DNA of 34,721 nucleotides from a virus (lineage: Duplodnaviria > Caudoviricetes), in IMG/VR virus record IMGVR_UViG_3300046788_000140, positions 1 through 34,721 of that record; one strand, 5' to 3'. Shown here piece by piece: positions 17,404 through 25,170 of the stretch. Every line of letters starts with the position of its first letter. Within the stretch, counting starts at the first letter, position 1. The position numbers and the translations under genes are program-made. The notes under the pieces are model-generated. The model did not search any database. It saw only the letters and a program-made list of their open reading frames with translations, and was not told where the DNA came from.

Positions 17404-17673
17404 CTACGCCCCCGCTTCCGCTGGCTGTTCTTCCTGCTGCCGCTGTTCATGGATGAACTTGATCATTGGTGGCTCGGTTTCTTCCGGGTGCTCGTCGATG
17501 ACGGCCCCCTTCGCGTTGACCAGCGGCAGCGTTTCCGCGCGCATGTTCCAGTATTGCAGGACGCGACGTCGTCCAGTGGGTTCGAGCCGCGCGAGCAAGT
17601 TCAGGCCCGCGTGCAGGACCTCGGACTCGACATCGAGGGCCAACAGATGACGCCGCGCCGGAGACTTCGCCAC
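17404..17673 (-). CDS. Hypothetical protein
   Basis: GGAGG RBS, 89 aa. Confidence 0.55.
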   Translation of the reverse strand: MAKSPARRHLLALDVESEVLHAGLNLLARLEPTGRRRVLQYWNMRAETLPLVNAKGAVIDEHPEETEPPMIKFIHEQRQQEEQPAEAGA

Positions 17674-17674
17674 G

Positions 17675-18883
17675 TTATGACCTCCCCTGTAGTGCCGCCT
17701 TCCTGGCGGCGATTGCGTCGTTCAGCCGATCCTCGTCGGGCGGTATCTCGGTCGCGTCGCGGACCCGCTTCCGCCACGCCGCCGACGTCTTCAGTCCGTT
17801 CAGCGCGACGAGGTCCATCGCCTCGACCTCCGCGATCAACTCCGCCATCCGGTCCGGCCAGTCGTGACCCGCGTCGTCCCCCGGAGGACCAGGGTCCTCG
17901 ATCTTCGCCTCCGCCGCGTCCGCCTCCGCCGCCTCAATCCGCTTGAACGCCGCGGTGAACGCGTCCTCGATCTGACCCTTGATCAGCGACGGCGTCTGCT
18001 TCGCTTCGAGGACCTTCACGACGCGCGGATCGTCCCGGAGATCGAACACCTCGGGCCGCGTCTTTGCGCCCGCTATGAGGGCGAGAAGGTTCTTCAGCCA
18101 CGCTGATCCGTTCGGTTCGTCGAGGCCCCGTCCTGGGTCGCCTGGGGGCTGCGACGGGGGCTTCTCGCCGATCCGCCGATCGCGATCCGTCAGTCCGGGA
18201 TCGCCGTGGTCGATCTTGCCCTCGATCGTCACGCCGCCCGTCTCCGTCTCGCGGTCCTCCATCTCGTCCGCCGAATATCCGAGACCTTCCTCGGGGAACG
18301 CCGCGCGGAGCGACGCCGACTTGGCGCACTTGATGAGCATCTGACGCGGAGCCTGGGTCCATCGCGCGTTCGGGACCTCGGTGCGGAACCCCGCCTTGGC
18401 ATAGGCTTCGATCCAGTAGACCGGCTCGGTGAAGGCCGCCTTAACGCCCTCGACGAGCCGGTAGACCGTGACCTCGCACCATTCTGGGAACGTGACCTCG
18501 ACCGCGACGTCGCGCTTCGATCCGTCGTCGTTCTCCACCGTGCCCCGGAACGTCCGCGTCTCGTATGGCCCGAACTTGGGCCGATCCATCCCGGCCCATT
18601 TGCCGGAGCGGTGCGCCGTCGTTTCGTGTTCGTTGATCCCCTGCATCACGACCTGAACCCGACGCCGGAGCTTCGAGTTCCACATCGGAACGATATGGAC
18701 GGGCTTGCGGAGCGGATCGAGCCGCCGCGCCGCGCAATACTCGACCACCGCCATAATGATCTCGGGCGTCTCCGCTGCCGGGTAGAGGTCGCAGAGGACG
18801 CGCCAGGACACGTCGGTTCCGCCGAAGATCGGCGGCTTCTGGTAGCGGGGCGCGATCCCGATCGGGGCCGGAGCGTTCGCCAT
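17675..18883 (-). CDS. bet: Phage recombinase Bet (RecT/Redbeta family) with C-terminal extension
   Basis: YCAARRLDPLRKPVHIVPMW, AHRSGKWAG, PEWCEVTVYR and W..APRQMLIKCAKSASLRAAFPE. Confidence 0.9.
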   Translation of the reverse strand: MANAPAPIGIAPRYQKPPIFGGTDVSWRVLCDLYPAAETPEIIMAVVEYCAARRLDPLRKPVHIVPMWNSKLRRRVQVVMQGINEHETTAHRSGKWAGMDRPKFGPYETRTFRGTVENDDGSKRDVAVEVTFPEWCEVTVYRLVEGVKAAFTEPVYWIEAYAKAGFRTEVPNARWTQAPRQMLIKCAKSASLRAAFPEEGLGYSADEMEDRETETGGVTIEGKIDHGDPGLTDRDRRIGEKPPSQPPGDPGRGLDEPNGSAWLKNLLALIAGAKTRPEVFDLRDDPRVVKVLEAKQTPSLIKGQIEDAFTAAFKRIEAAEADAAEAKIEDPGPPGDDAGHDWPDRMAELIAEVEAMDLVALNGLKTSAAWRKRVRDATEIPPDEDRLNDAIAARKAALQGRS

Positions 18884-19260
18884 TACTCGAACCCCTTCGT
18901 CTTCTCGGAGAGTCGCGGTTTCCGGTGCTTCCGATCCTCCGGGCGCTTCCTGGGCTTTACCGGGAGCCGGGTGAACAACGCGTGGTGCCCCGCGAAGATG
19001 TCGCGGACCTTCGCCTGCCAGCCGCCGCCCCTCTGGTTGATGATCTGACGCTGGACCCACTCGATGTCGTCGGGATCGAGTTCGATCGAGCGCAGCGGTT
19101 CATTGATCCGCGTCCGCCACTTCGTCTTGCGGTCCTGATACCCGCCGCGTTGATGTTTGAGGTCGGGGTCTGTGATCAACCGGAGCAACCGCGCGAAGCT
19201 CCACGGCGGCAGCGCCAGGACGATATGGGTCAGCGGCAGATCGTCGCGCGTCTCGGTCAT
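18883..19260 (-). CDS. Hypothetical protein with two QRGG(G)[YW]Q repeats
   Basis: Coupled to both neighbours. QRGGYQ and QRGGGWQ. Confidence 0.6.
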   Translation of the reverse strand: MTETRDDLPLTHIVLALPPWSFARLLRLITDPDLKHQRGGYQDRKTKWRTRINEPLRSIELDPDDIEWVQRQIINQRGGGWQAKVRDIFAGHHALFTRLPVKPRKRPEDRKHRKPRLSEKTKGFE

Positions 19261-19826
19261 TTCAGCCTCGCAATCCGGAGTGACTCGCCACCGTTCGACA
19301 GTTGCGCGCCCTCGACCACGACCCCGACCTTCAGATCGGACAGGACCTCGGAGCGCCGGAGCGTTCGCTCGACTTTGAAGTATTCGTCCGGGATTAGTTG
19401 TTCATCCATTACGAGAACACTCGGCGGTGCCGCCACGATCGACGCCCGTGCCAGGACGCCCGCGTGCTTCGTCAACGGGATCGCCGCCATCAACTCGCCG
19501 ATCATGTTCCGGAACTTTTCGACCAGCGCCTCGAAGCGTTTGCGCCGCGCGGTGAACCGCTCCGCGATCGCCTTCGCCGACTCAGCTTCGCCGTCCGCCA
19601 GGATGACCGCGTCGATCAGCGCCGACAAAAGATCGCGCGGATCATCCGCGTGCGCCTCTCGGAGTCTGGTCGCGATCACCGTCTCGTCGGCGACGAAGTC
19701 CTCGTCCTCGGCGAGTTCCGCGTGAAGCTGCTGCCACGTCGAGATCGCGCGCTCTAACCGCCAGCCACTAGGCACAGAGGGAGCGGGGGCCGCGTCGTCG
19801 CCGACGCGGTCGAGGTCGGACGACAT
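19257..19826 (-). CDS. Siphovirus Gp157-like protein
   Basis: Coiled coil, then DEQLIPDEYFK...LKVGVVVEGAQLSNGGESLRI. GGAGG RBS. Confidence 0.8.
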   Translation of the reverse strand: MSSDLDRVGDDAAPAPSVPSGWRLERAISTWQQLHAELAEDEDFVADETVIATRLREAHADDPRDLLSALIDAVILADGEAESAKAIAERFTARRKRFEALVEKFRNMIGELMAAIPLTKHAGVLARASIVAAPPSVLVMDEQLIPDEYFKVERTLRRSEVLSDLKVGVVVEGAQLSNGGESLRIARLK

Positions 19827-20284
19827 GAGCGGATGTCCTCCCCCTCGTGGAAAGCACGATTACACCGGGGATAGGCGCCGGGAATGACGCGCACCATGCA
19901 CAACTCCGACGCTTACGCAATGCCAATTCATGCGTGCGGATGAAGATGCTCAAATTTAGAATGAAGCTGCAACGTGCGATCGAGTTGTCCACAAGAAAAA
20001 TGCCATTTGAGGTAAATCAAAGGCTTCGCCGCATCGGCTCAAACGGTAACACAACGGACATCCGAACGAGCGCGCAAACGCCGCTCGCGGACACTCCGGA
20101 CGCGCATCGCGGACGCGTTCTGGTGTGCTTCCGGAGCGCTTGATCGCGCCGCGCGAGGACATCGCGTCCCGATACTTCAGACGGCGTGTGAACGATCAAT
20201 TTCTTGGTTGCGCCGCGAATGTCGGAGCATATGGTTCGCGTCCTCATGCGGGACGCCAACACAGCGCAAGACAGTCGACCACCT

Positions 20285-20309
20285 GAAAAGGAACATTATG
20301 TTCCTTTTC
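20285..20309. promoter_or_regulatory. Perfect 25-bp palindrome (operator or terminator)
   Basis: gaaaaggaacat-t-atgttccttttc, immediately downstream of the HTH gene. Confidence 0.7.
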
Positions 20310-20311
20310 GA

Positions 20312-20566
20312 TTAGTCGTCCGCTGCCTTGCGATCCCGCTCGTCGATCAAACGCTGCACCGTCTCGGAGTTGATCTCCGGCCACGCATAATGGATCTCGA
20401 ACAAAAGCTCGATCGCGCGTGGGATCGGACGCTCGCCACTAAGCCAACGGCGCAGCGTGATCGGTTGCACCTTCAGGAACCGCGCGAGGTCCCGATACGT
20501 CACAACCTCTCCGCCGCCGCGACCGCGACAGTGGTCAATGATGAACTGGAGTCGTGTGGGCGTCAC
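20312..20566 (-). CDS. Small XRE-type HTH regulator
   Basis: TYRDLARFLKVQPITLRRWLSGERPIP. GTG start after an AAGGAAG RBS. Confidence 0.8.
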   Translation of the reverse strand: MTPTRLQFIIDHCRGRGGGEVVTYRDLARFLKVQPITLRRWLSGERPIPRAIELLFEIHYAWPEINSETVQRLIDERDRKAADD

Positions 20567-20580
20567 GGCGGCTTCCTTCA

Positions 20581-20604
20581 GTTGCGACGGCGCAACGTCG
20601 TAAC
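20581..20604. promoter_or_regulatory. Inverted repeat in the divergent intergenic gap (candidate operator)
   Basis: gttgcgacg-gcgcaa-cgtcgtaac (one mismatch), with nested gttgcg-acgg-cgcaac. Confidence 0.45.
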
Positions 20605-20610
20605 GGTGCA

Positions 20611-21051
20611 ATGATGGTGAGTCAAAACGGATCGTTCCGCCTGACCGCGCCGATCCCGTTCGAGTCCGAGACGCACGAAGCGGTCGCGCACGCGCTCGAA
20701 GTCCTGATCATGCCGCCAGCCGAGTGGACGTGCTTCCCCGCCGGTCACATCCCGCTCCCGCCGCAGTTCGCCGCCAAGCTGCAACGCATGGGCCTTAAAC
20801 GGAACTGGCCCGACTTCCTCGTCGTCTTCGATGTGTTGCACGGGATCGAGATGAAGCGTGCCGGCGAGAAGCTATCGCGCGCCAGGATGATCCGATCGCG
20901 ACGCAAGGGGACGCTCCGCTACGTCGAGGGGCAGCGCGAGGTCTTCCCCCGTCTCGAGGCTGCGGGGATGAAGATCGCGACCTGCATCACCGTGAACGAC
21001 GTCCTCGAACAACTGATCGCCTGGGGCATCCCGATGCGGTGGAAGCCGTGA
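20611..21051 (+). CDS. VRR-NUC-like PD-(D/E)XK nuclease
   Basis: E..TH, GLKRNWPDF, IEMK and Q..VF..LEAAG. Confidence 0.8.
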   Translation: MMVSQNGSFRLTAPIPFESETHEAVAHALEVLIMPPAEWTCFPAGHIPLPPQFAAKLQRMGLKRNWPDFLVVFDVLHGIEMKRAGEKLSRARMIRSRRKGTLRYVEGQREVFPRLEAAGMKIATCITVNDVLEQLIAWGIPMRWKP

Positions 21052-21110
21052 CGGGGCCGGAGGGGACCATGACGCAACGCTGAACGAGCCGGGGAGGGGA
21101 GGGCCGACCC

Positions 21111-21713
21111 GTGGCCGAGTTCGACCATTGGATGAAGTTCAACGTCGGCGACTATCTCGCCGACACCATGCACCTAAGCACGTTTCAACATGGCATCTAT
21201 GTCCTGTTGATCATGCACTGCTTCAAGCGCGGTTCGCTTCCGAACGACGAGCGCGCGCTGATGCGGATAGCCAAGGTTCCGAGCGTCCTGGTCTGGCGCA
21301 ATGAATCGCGTCCCGTGACCGCGCTGTTCAGGGTCCTCGGAGACGAGCTTCGGCACGGACGGATCGACGCGGAACGGGCGCGGGCACAGGAACTTTCCGA
21401 GATCAAAAGCCGCGCTGGCAGCGCCGGAGCGCGTCGCCGCTGGGATGCTGCCAGAGGGGGCCAGCAGGGCGCGTTTTTCGGAGCCTTGGAGGACCAGCAA
21501 CCGACTGAAATTGCTCAAAAGCCAAATGGCAAGTGCCATCCGTTTGCCATTCTACGCGCGCGCGAATCAGAACCTACAGCCACAAAGCAAGGGGAAGGGG
21601 TAAGAACCCCTTCGACCCCTAAGCAAGAATCCCCTCCAAACCTCCCCGCAAGCGGGGAGGCTTCGGTCGTTTCTATTCACGCAAGAAAAGGAAGCCGAGA
21701 AGATGGAGCTTGA
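21111..21713 (+). CDS. DUF1376/YdaU-like replication initiator
   Basis: WMKFNVGDYLADTMHLSTFQHGIYVLLIMH, GSLPNDERAL.RIA and HGRIDAER. Confidence 0.85.
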   Translation: MAEFDHWMKFNVGDYLADTMHLSTFQHGIYVLLIMHCFKRGSLPNDERALMRIAKVPSVLVWRNESRPVTALFRVLGDELRHGRIDAERARAQELSEIKSRAGSAGARRRWDAARGGQQGAFFGALEDQQPTEIAQKPNGKCHPFAILRARESEPTATKQGEGVRTPSTPKQESPPNLPASGEASVVSIHARKGSREDGA

Positions 21714-22425
21714 TCGGTGGATCGCCGCCCTGCACGCCAGGGTGCAACCCGTGAACGGATCACCGGAGCGGAGCGTCTTGTATCTCCGCCCGCGTCTCGA
21801 AGACCTCTCCCCCTACTGGTTCACGGAGGAAGCGATCGCGGGCATCTGGATGAAGCTCCGGAGCCTGAACAGCGCCGACCGGGTGCGGAAGGTCCTCCGC
21901 GAATATCACGCCGCACAGACCGCCGTCGCGCGTCCGCCGCCGATCTCGCAGCAAGAACGCGAACTCCGCGAGTGGGACATCCGCAAGGCTGAACTCCGCC
22001 ACGACTGGGACGACCCCCAGGGGATCTTACGCAAGGTCCACGACTGCCGGGGTAACGTCCTGATGCTTCGGCTACTCGCGAAGCTCGTCCGCATGTGGGC
22101 GCCGCAACATCTCGGCTTCCTTCCGCCGCACATCCTCGCCGCGATCGAGAACGACTCAGAAATCGCGCCAGCCGACGCGCATCTCCGCTTCGCCGACGAC
22201 ACGCCGCCCGAAGGAACCCGATCGGTCGCGGAGCAACTCGCCGCGCTGAACCCCGACACGCGTCCGCCGCCGCAACCGCGCCATCTGACGCCGGAGCAAC
22301 TCGACATCGTCAATCCGTTACCTGGGGGAAGGAAGCGAACCGATGACGCCACGCTATCCGCCGCGCCTGTCTATGCCGACGCCTCGTCCTCGACCGCCGA
22401 CGAGGACGAGACCGCCCCCGGTTAA
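21703..22425 (+). CDS. Hypothetical protein (replication-module partner)
   Basis: 240 aa, overlaps the initiator stop. Confidence 0.6.
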   Translation: MELDRWIAALHARVQPVNGSPERSVLYLRPRLEDLSPYWFTEEAIAGIWMKLRSLNSADRVRKVLREYHAAQTAVARPPPISQQERELREWDIRKAELRHDWDDPQGILRKVHDCRGNVLMLRLLAKLVRMWAPQHLGFLPPHILAAIENDSEIAPADAHLRFADDTPPEGTRSVAEQLAALNPDTRPPPQPRHLTPEQLDIVNPLPGGRKRTDDATLSAAPVYADASSSTADEDETAPG

Positions 22426-22489
22426 TCCGCGCCGCCCGTGCTCGTTCTGCAATCGCGTCCGCAAGGCGCTGGGGATGAAGCCGCTATGA
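22343..22489 (+). CDS. Putative 48-aa Pro/Arg-rich protein with CxxC
   Basis: GGAAGGAAG RBS. MTPRYPPRLSMPTPRPRPPTRTRPPPVNPRRPCSFCNRVRKALGMKPL. Stop overlaps the next ATG. Confidence 0.45.
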   Translation: MTPRYPPRLSMPTPRPRPPTRTRPPPVNPRRPCSFCNRVRKALGMKPL

Positions 22490-22701
22490 ACCACACGCTC
22501 GCCGACGAGTGGGACGACTACTTCGCGAACGTCCTCTCGAAGAACCCGGACATCACGCCGGAGATGGCGGCGCCGCTCCGGATGGTCTTCTTCAGTGGCG
22601 CGACTGCGATGTTCGTCCTGATCTCGCGATGCTCGACGCCCCACGCGCTACGGGCCGAGATCGAGGCACACGCCGCGAGCCTCCGCGAGACGCTCCAATG
22701 A
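22486..22701 (+). CDS. Hypothetical protein (W..Y...LRMVFFSGA motif)
   Basis: ATGA coupling, 71 aa. Confidence 0.6.
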   Translation: MNHTLADEWDDYFANVLSKNPDITPEMAAPLRMVFFSGATAMFVLISRCSTPHALRAEIEAHAASLRETLQ

Positions 22702-22976
22702 CCGTCTACAATCCGGCCCGCGATCCTTGCATGAGCGCCGAAGTCGTCCCGCTCGCGCCGGAGCGGAAGCCGAGGGCCGTCGTCGTTGGTGTCGTGAACG
22801 ACGACCCGGTCGGCCTTCGCTCGCTCGACAAGCGGACGCTCGCGATCGAGCGGTGCGCCGATCAGATCGAGCGCGCGCTTCGGGAGCGGCTAACACTCGA
22901 ACAGCGGATCGGGTTAGAACGCGCCCTCGACGAACTCGTCGACGAGGTCGCATGGCGCAGGTTCGACCCTTGGTGA
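22698..22976 (+). CDS. Hypothetical protein
   Basis: ATGA and GTGA coupling. Confidence 0.5.
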   Translation: MTVYNPARDPCMSAEVVPLAPERKPRAVVVGVVNDDPVGLRSLDKRTLAIERCADQIERALRERLTLEQRIGLERALDELVDEVAWRRFDPW

Positions 22977-23491
22977 CGACCGCTCGACCGACGCCGGAGT
23001 TCCGCCATCACCACGACGTCGAGGACCCGCGCGTCGACGAGCGATCGTTCCGACAGGGCTGGATCGTTCGGACCCGCCTCGATCAGCTTCTCGTCGACGA
23101 CAGGATCACCCGCGCGGAGTGGCAGGCCGCTTCCGAGTATCGCGCGACCTGGGCGATCGCCCGCGAGCTGGTCGGAGTCGAGCCGGGGATGCTCCGCGTC
23201 GCCGGAGCCTCGTCCGCCGACGGTGCGATGATCGCCCGCGTCGACGCCGTGACGAAGCTCCGGATCGTCGAGGCCGCGATCGGCAGCCTCGCCGCGCGCC
23301 TGCTTCTCGCCTGCCTCGTTCACGACCTCCGATGGGCGGCGGTCGCGCGCTTCCTCCGGAAGAACCCCGAGACCGTCCGCGACTGGACCGTCCTCGCGAT
23401 CCGCGCCCTTGCTGAAGCCTGGGGGACGCTACACGGGCGCCAGGACGACCGTCCGTCCCTTCGCCGCCGCCAGGACGCCGCCGCCCTCTAG
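22973..23491 (+). CDS. Putative late-gene regulator (DUF6456-like, C-terminal HTH)
   Basis: LDQLLVDDRITRAEWQAA..YR and a C-terminal WAAVARFLRKNPETVRDW HTH. Last gene before the late promoter. Confidence 0.6.
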   Translation: MTTARPTPEFRHHHDVEDPRVDERSFRQGWIVRTRLDQLLVDDRITRAEWQAASEYRATWAIARELVGVEPGMLRVAGASSADGAMIARVDAVTKLRIVEAAIGSLAARLLLACLVHDLRWAAVARFLRKNPETVRDWTVLAIRALAEAWGTLHGRQDDRPSLRRRQDAAAL

Positions 23492-23622
23492 CCTCGTCCT
23501 AGGGCCGGGGCGGGCATGACCTTTGGTTTCCGTGACCTCCGCGACTCGGGGGCGAATCGGGAACACGGCGTCAAGGAAGCAATCGGGTGTTATCGGGTGC
23601 TTCCCCTTCCCACGACAGGAAG

Positions 23623-23651
23623 TTGCGCCGGTCCGTGTTTCCGCGCATAAA
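23623..23651 (+). promoter_or_regulatory. Candidate late promoter followed by a leader hairpin (23660-23695)
   Basis: TTGCGC-17 nt-CATAAA, then gtcggtgacgatcgtc-tccg-gacgagcgtcccgac. Confidence 0.4.
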
Positions 23652-23704
23652 ACGGGCATGTCGGTGACGATCGTCTCCGGACGAGCGTCCCGACCGCTCC
23701 GCTC

Positions 23705-24037
23705 ATGCCAGTTTCGCCCCCGGTTCACACTCCGCTCGGTGCGGTCTCCGAAGTCGCGCGCAGGCGCGCCTATGACGCATCTCGTCCCTCCCGGAGCGCG
23801 ATCTACGGGCACCGCTGGCGCAAGCTCCGCGCCGCGTATCTCGCACGCAATCCCGTCTGCGAGTGCGGCTGTGGCTACGCCGCGACCGTCGTCGACCATC
23901 GTCAGCCGCACAACGGTAACGCCGCGCTGATCTTCGCGTGGGATAATCTCCAAGCGATGACGAAAGCCTGCCACGACCGGAAGACAGCCTCGGTCGATGG
24001 CGGGTTTGGCAATCCCTTCCGCAACAAATCAACTTAG
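23705..24037 (+). CDS. HNH endonuclease (HK97 gp74-like packaging-associated type)
   Basis: YGHRWRKLRAAYLARNPVC, ATVVDHRQPH.G and WDNLQAM.KACHDRKT. Confidence 0.9.
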   Translation: MPVSPPVHTPLGAVSEVARRRAYDASRPSRSAIYGHRWRKLRAAYLARNPVCECGCGYAATVVDHRQPHNGNAALIFAWDNLQAMTKACHDRKTASVDGGFGNPFRNKST

Positions 24038-24048
24038 GAGTCAGCCTT

Positions 24049-24597
24049 ATGCCGCATGTGAGTGGTTTTCTTCGCGTCACCGGAGGTCGTCCCGATCAGG
24101 GCTTGCCTGGGGGCGGAGGCGAGATCGACAACACCCTGCCGGGCGGAGGCTGGGGAGGTGGCGAGATCGACAACACGCTGCCGCCGCCTCCCGGCATCTG
24201 GCCGCCACCGACGACCATCTGGCCGCCAATCGCCCTGCCGCCCGACTATCCGATGCCACCGGGGAGCGTGTGGCCTCCTGTTCGCCCGCCCCATGCAGGG
24301 CACCCGCTGCCGCCTGGAGGTATCGCAGGCCAGCCGCTTCCGCCCGCACCCGGACGCCCCGACGCTGGGCTTCCTCCCGCGCCTGCACGTCCTGACGCTG
24401 GCCTACCGCCAGGGTCGCCAGGACACGCCCCATCGGGCAAATTCTTGGTCGCAATCGTCGCGGCAGCAGCCGGGGGCCTTCGGGTGATCGGTTACACCGT
24501 CGTCGATCCGTCGCTCGATGTTGGGATGCCTCTGCCGCCAGGGGCGCCGCCAGTGGCCGGAACACCGCTACCGCCGACGCCGGAGCCGAAGCGCTAA
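24049..24597 (+). CDS. Proline-rich repetitive protein
   Basis: AGGAG RBS. GGGEIDNTLP x2 and RPD(Q/A)GLP x3. Confidence 0.7.
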   Translation: MPHVSGFLRVTGGRPDQGLPGGGGEIDNTLPGGGWGGGEIDNTLPPPPGIWPPPTTIWPPIALPPDYPMPPGSVWPPVRPPHAGHPLPPGGIAGQPLPPAPGRPDAGLPPAPARPDAGLPPGSPGHAPSGKFLVAIVAAAAGGLRVIGYTVVDPSLDVGMPLPPGAPPVAGTPLPPTPEPKR

Positions 24598-24604
24598 CAC
24601 GCCG

Positions 24605-24976
24605 ATGGCTTTCGTCGCTTCGCAGCATGATCGCCACATGGGCAAGCCGGTAGGAACCGGACACTGTGTAGCGCTCGTCCGCGAAGTGACGGGGGCACCG
24701 ATCACGACGCAGTGGAGACGCGGTGCCAAGGTGCGAGACAATCCCGACCTCGTTCCCGGCACCGCGATCGCGACCTTCGATCCGAATGGCCGATATGGGA
24801 ATCACGTCGACAAACGATCGCACGCCGCGATCCTGCTCGCCGTGAACAGCGATGGGCTTCTCGTCGTCGATCAGTGGCTCGGTCAACCGACGCATCAAAG
24901 GACGATCAAGTTCCGCGATGGTGGCGGCGATCCCGTCAACGATGGAGACGCGTTCCATGTCATCGAGGGCGCGTGA
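24605..24976 (+). CDS. BPSL0067/Tae2-like Cys-His peptidoglycan amidase, probable endolysin
   Basis: HCVALVR, WRRG.KV, PGTAIATF..NGRY, HAAI, VVDQW and N.GDAFHVIE. Confidence 0.8.
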   Translation: MAFVASQHDRHMGKPVGTGHCVALVREVTGAPITTQWRRGAKVRDNPDLVPGTAIATFDPNGRYGNHVDKRSHAAILLAVNSDGLLVVDQWLGQPTHQRTIKFRDGGGDPVNDGDAFHVIEGA

Positions 24977-25161
24977 CCGACGAAGAAGCAAAGGGCATCG
25001 TCGGCCTGGGCAAGCAACTGATCACGGGGCTGCCTGCTCAGTTCCTCGCATTGGTGGTGATCAACCTCGTCGTCGTCGGGGGGCTGTTCTGGCACATGGA
25101 TAATCAACTCGAAGCCCGCGAGCGGGTGCTAATGAAGCTCGTCGAAAGCTGCGCAAAATAG
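24973..25161 (+). CDS. Single-TM protein, holin candidate
   Basis: GTGA coupling to the amidase. LPAQFLALVVINLVVVGGLFW followed by a charged tail. Confidence 0.55.
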   Translation: MTDEEAKGIVGLGKQLITGLPAQFLALVVINLVVVGGLFWHMDNQLEARERVLMKLVESCAK

Positions 25162-25170
25162 GGGGAAGAC

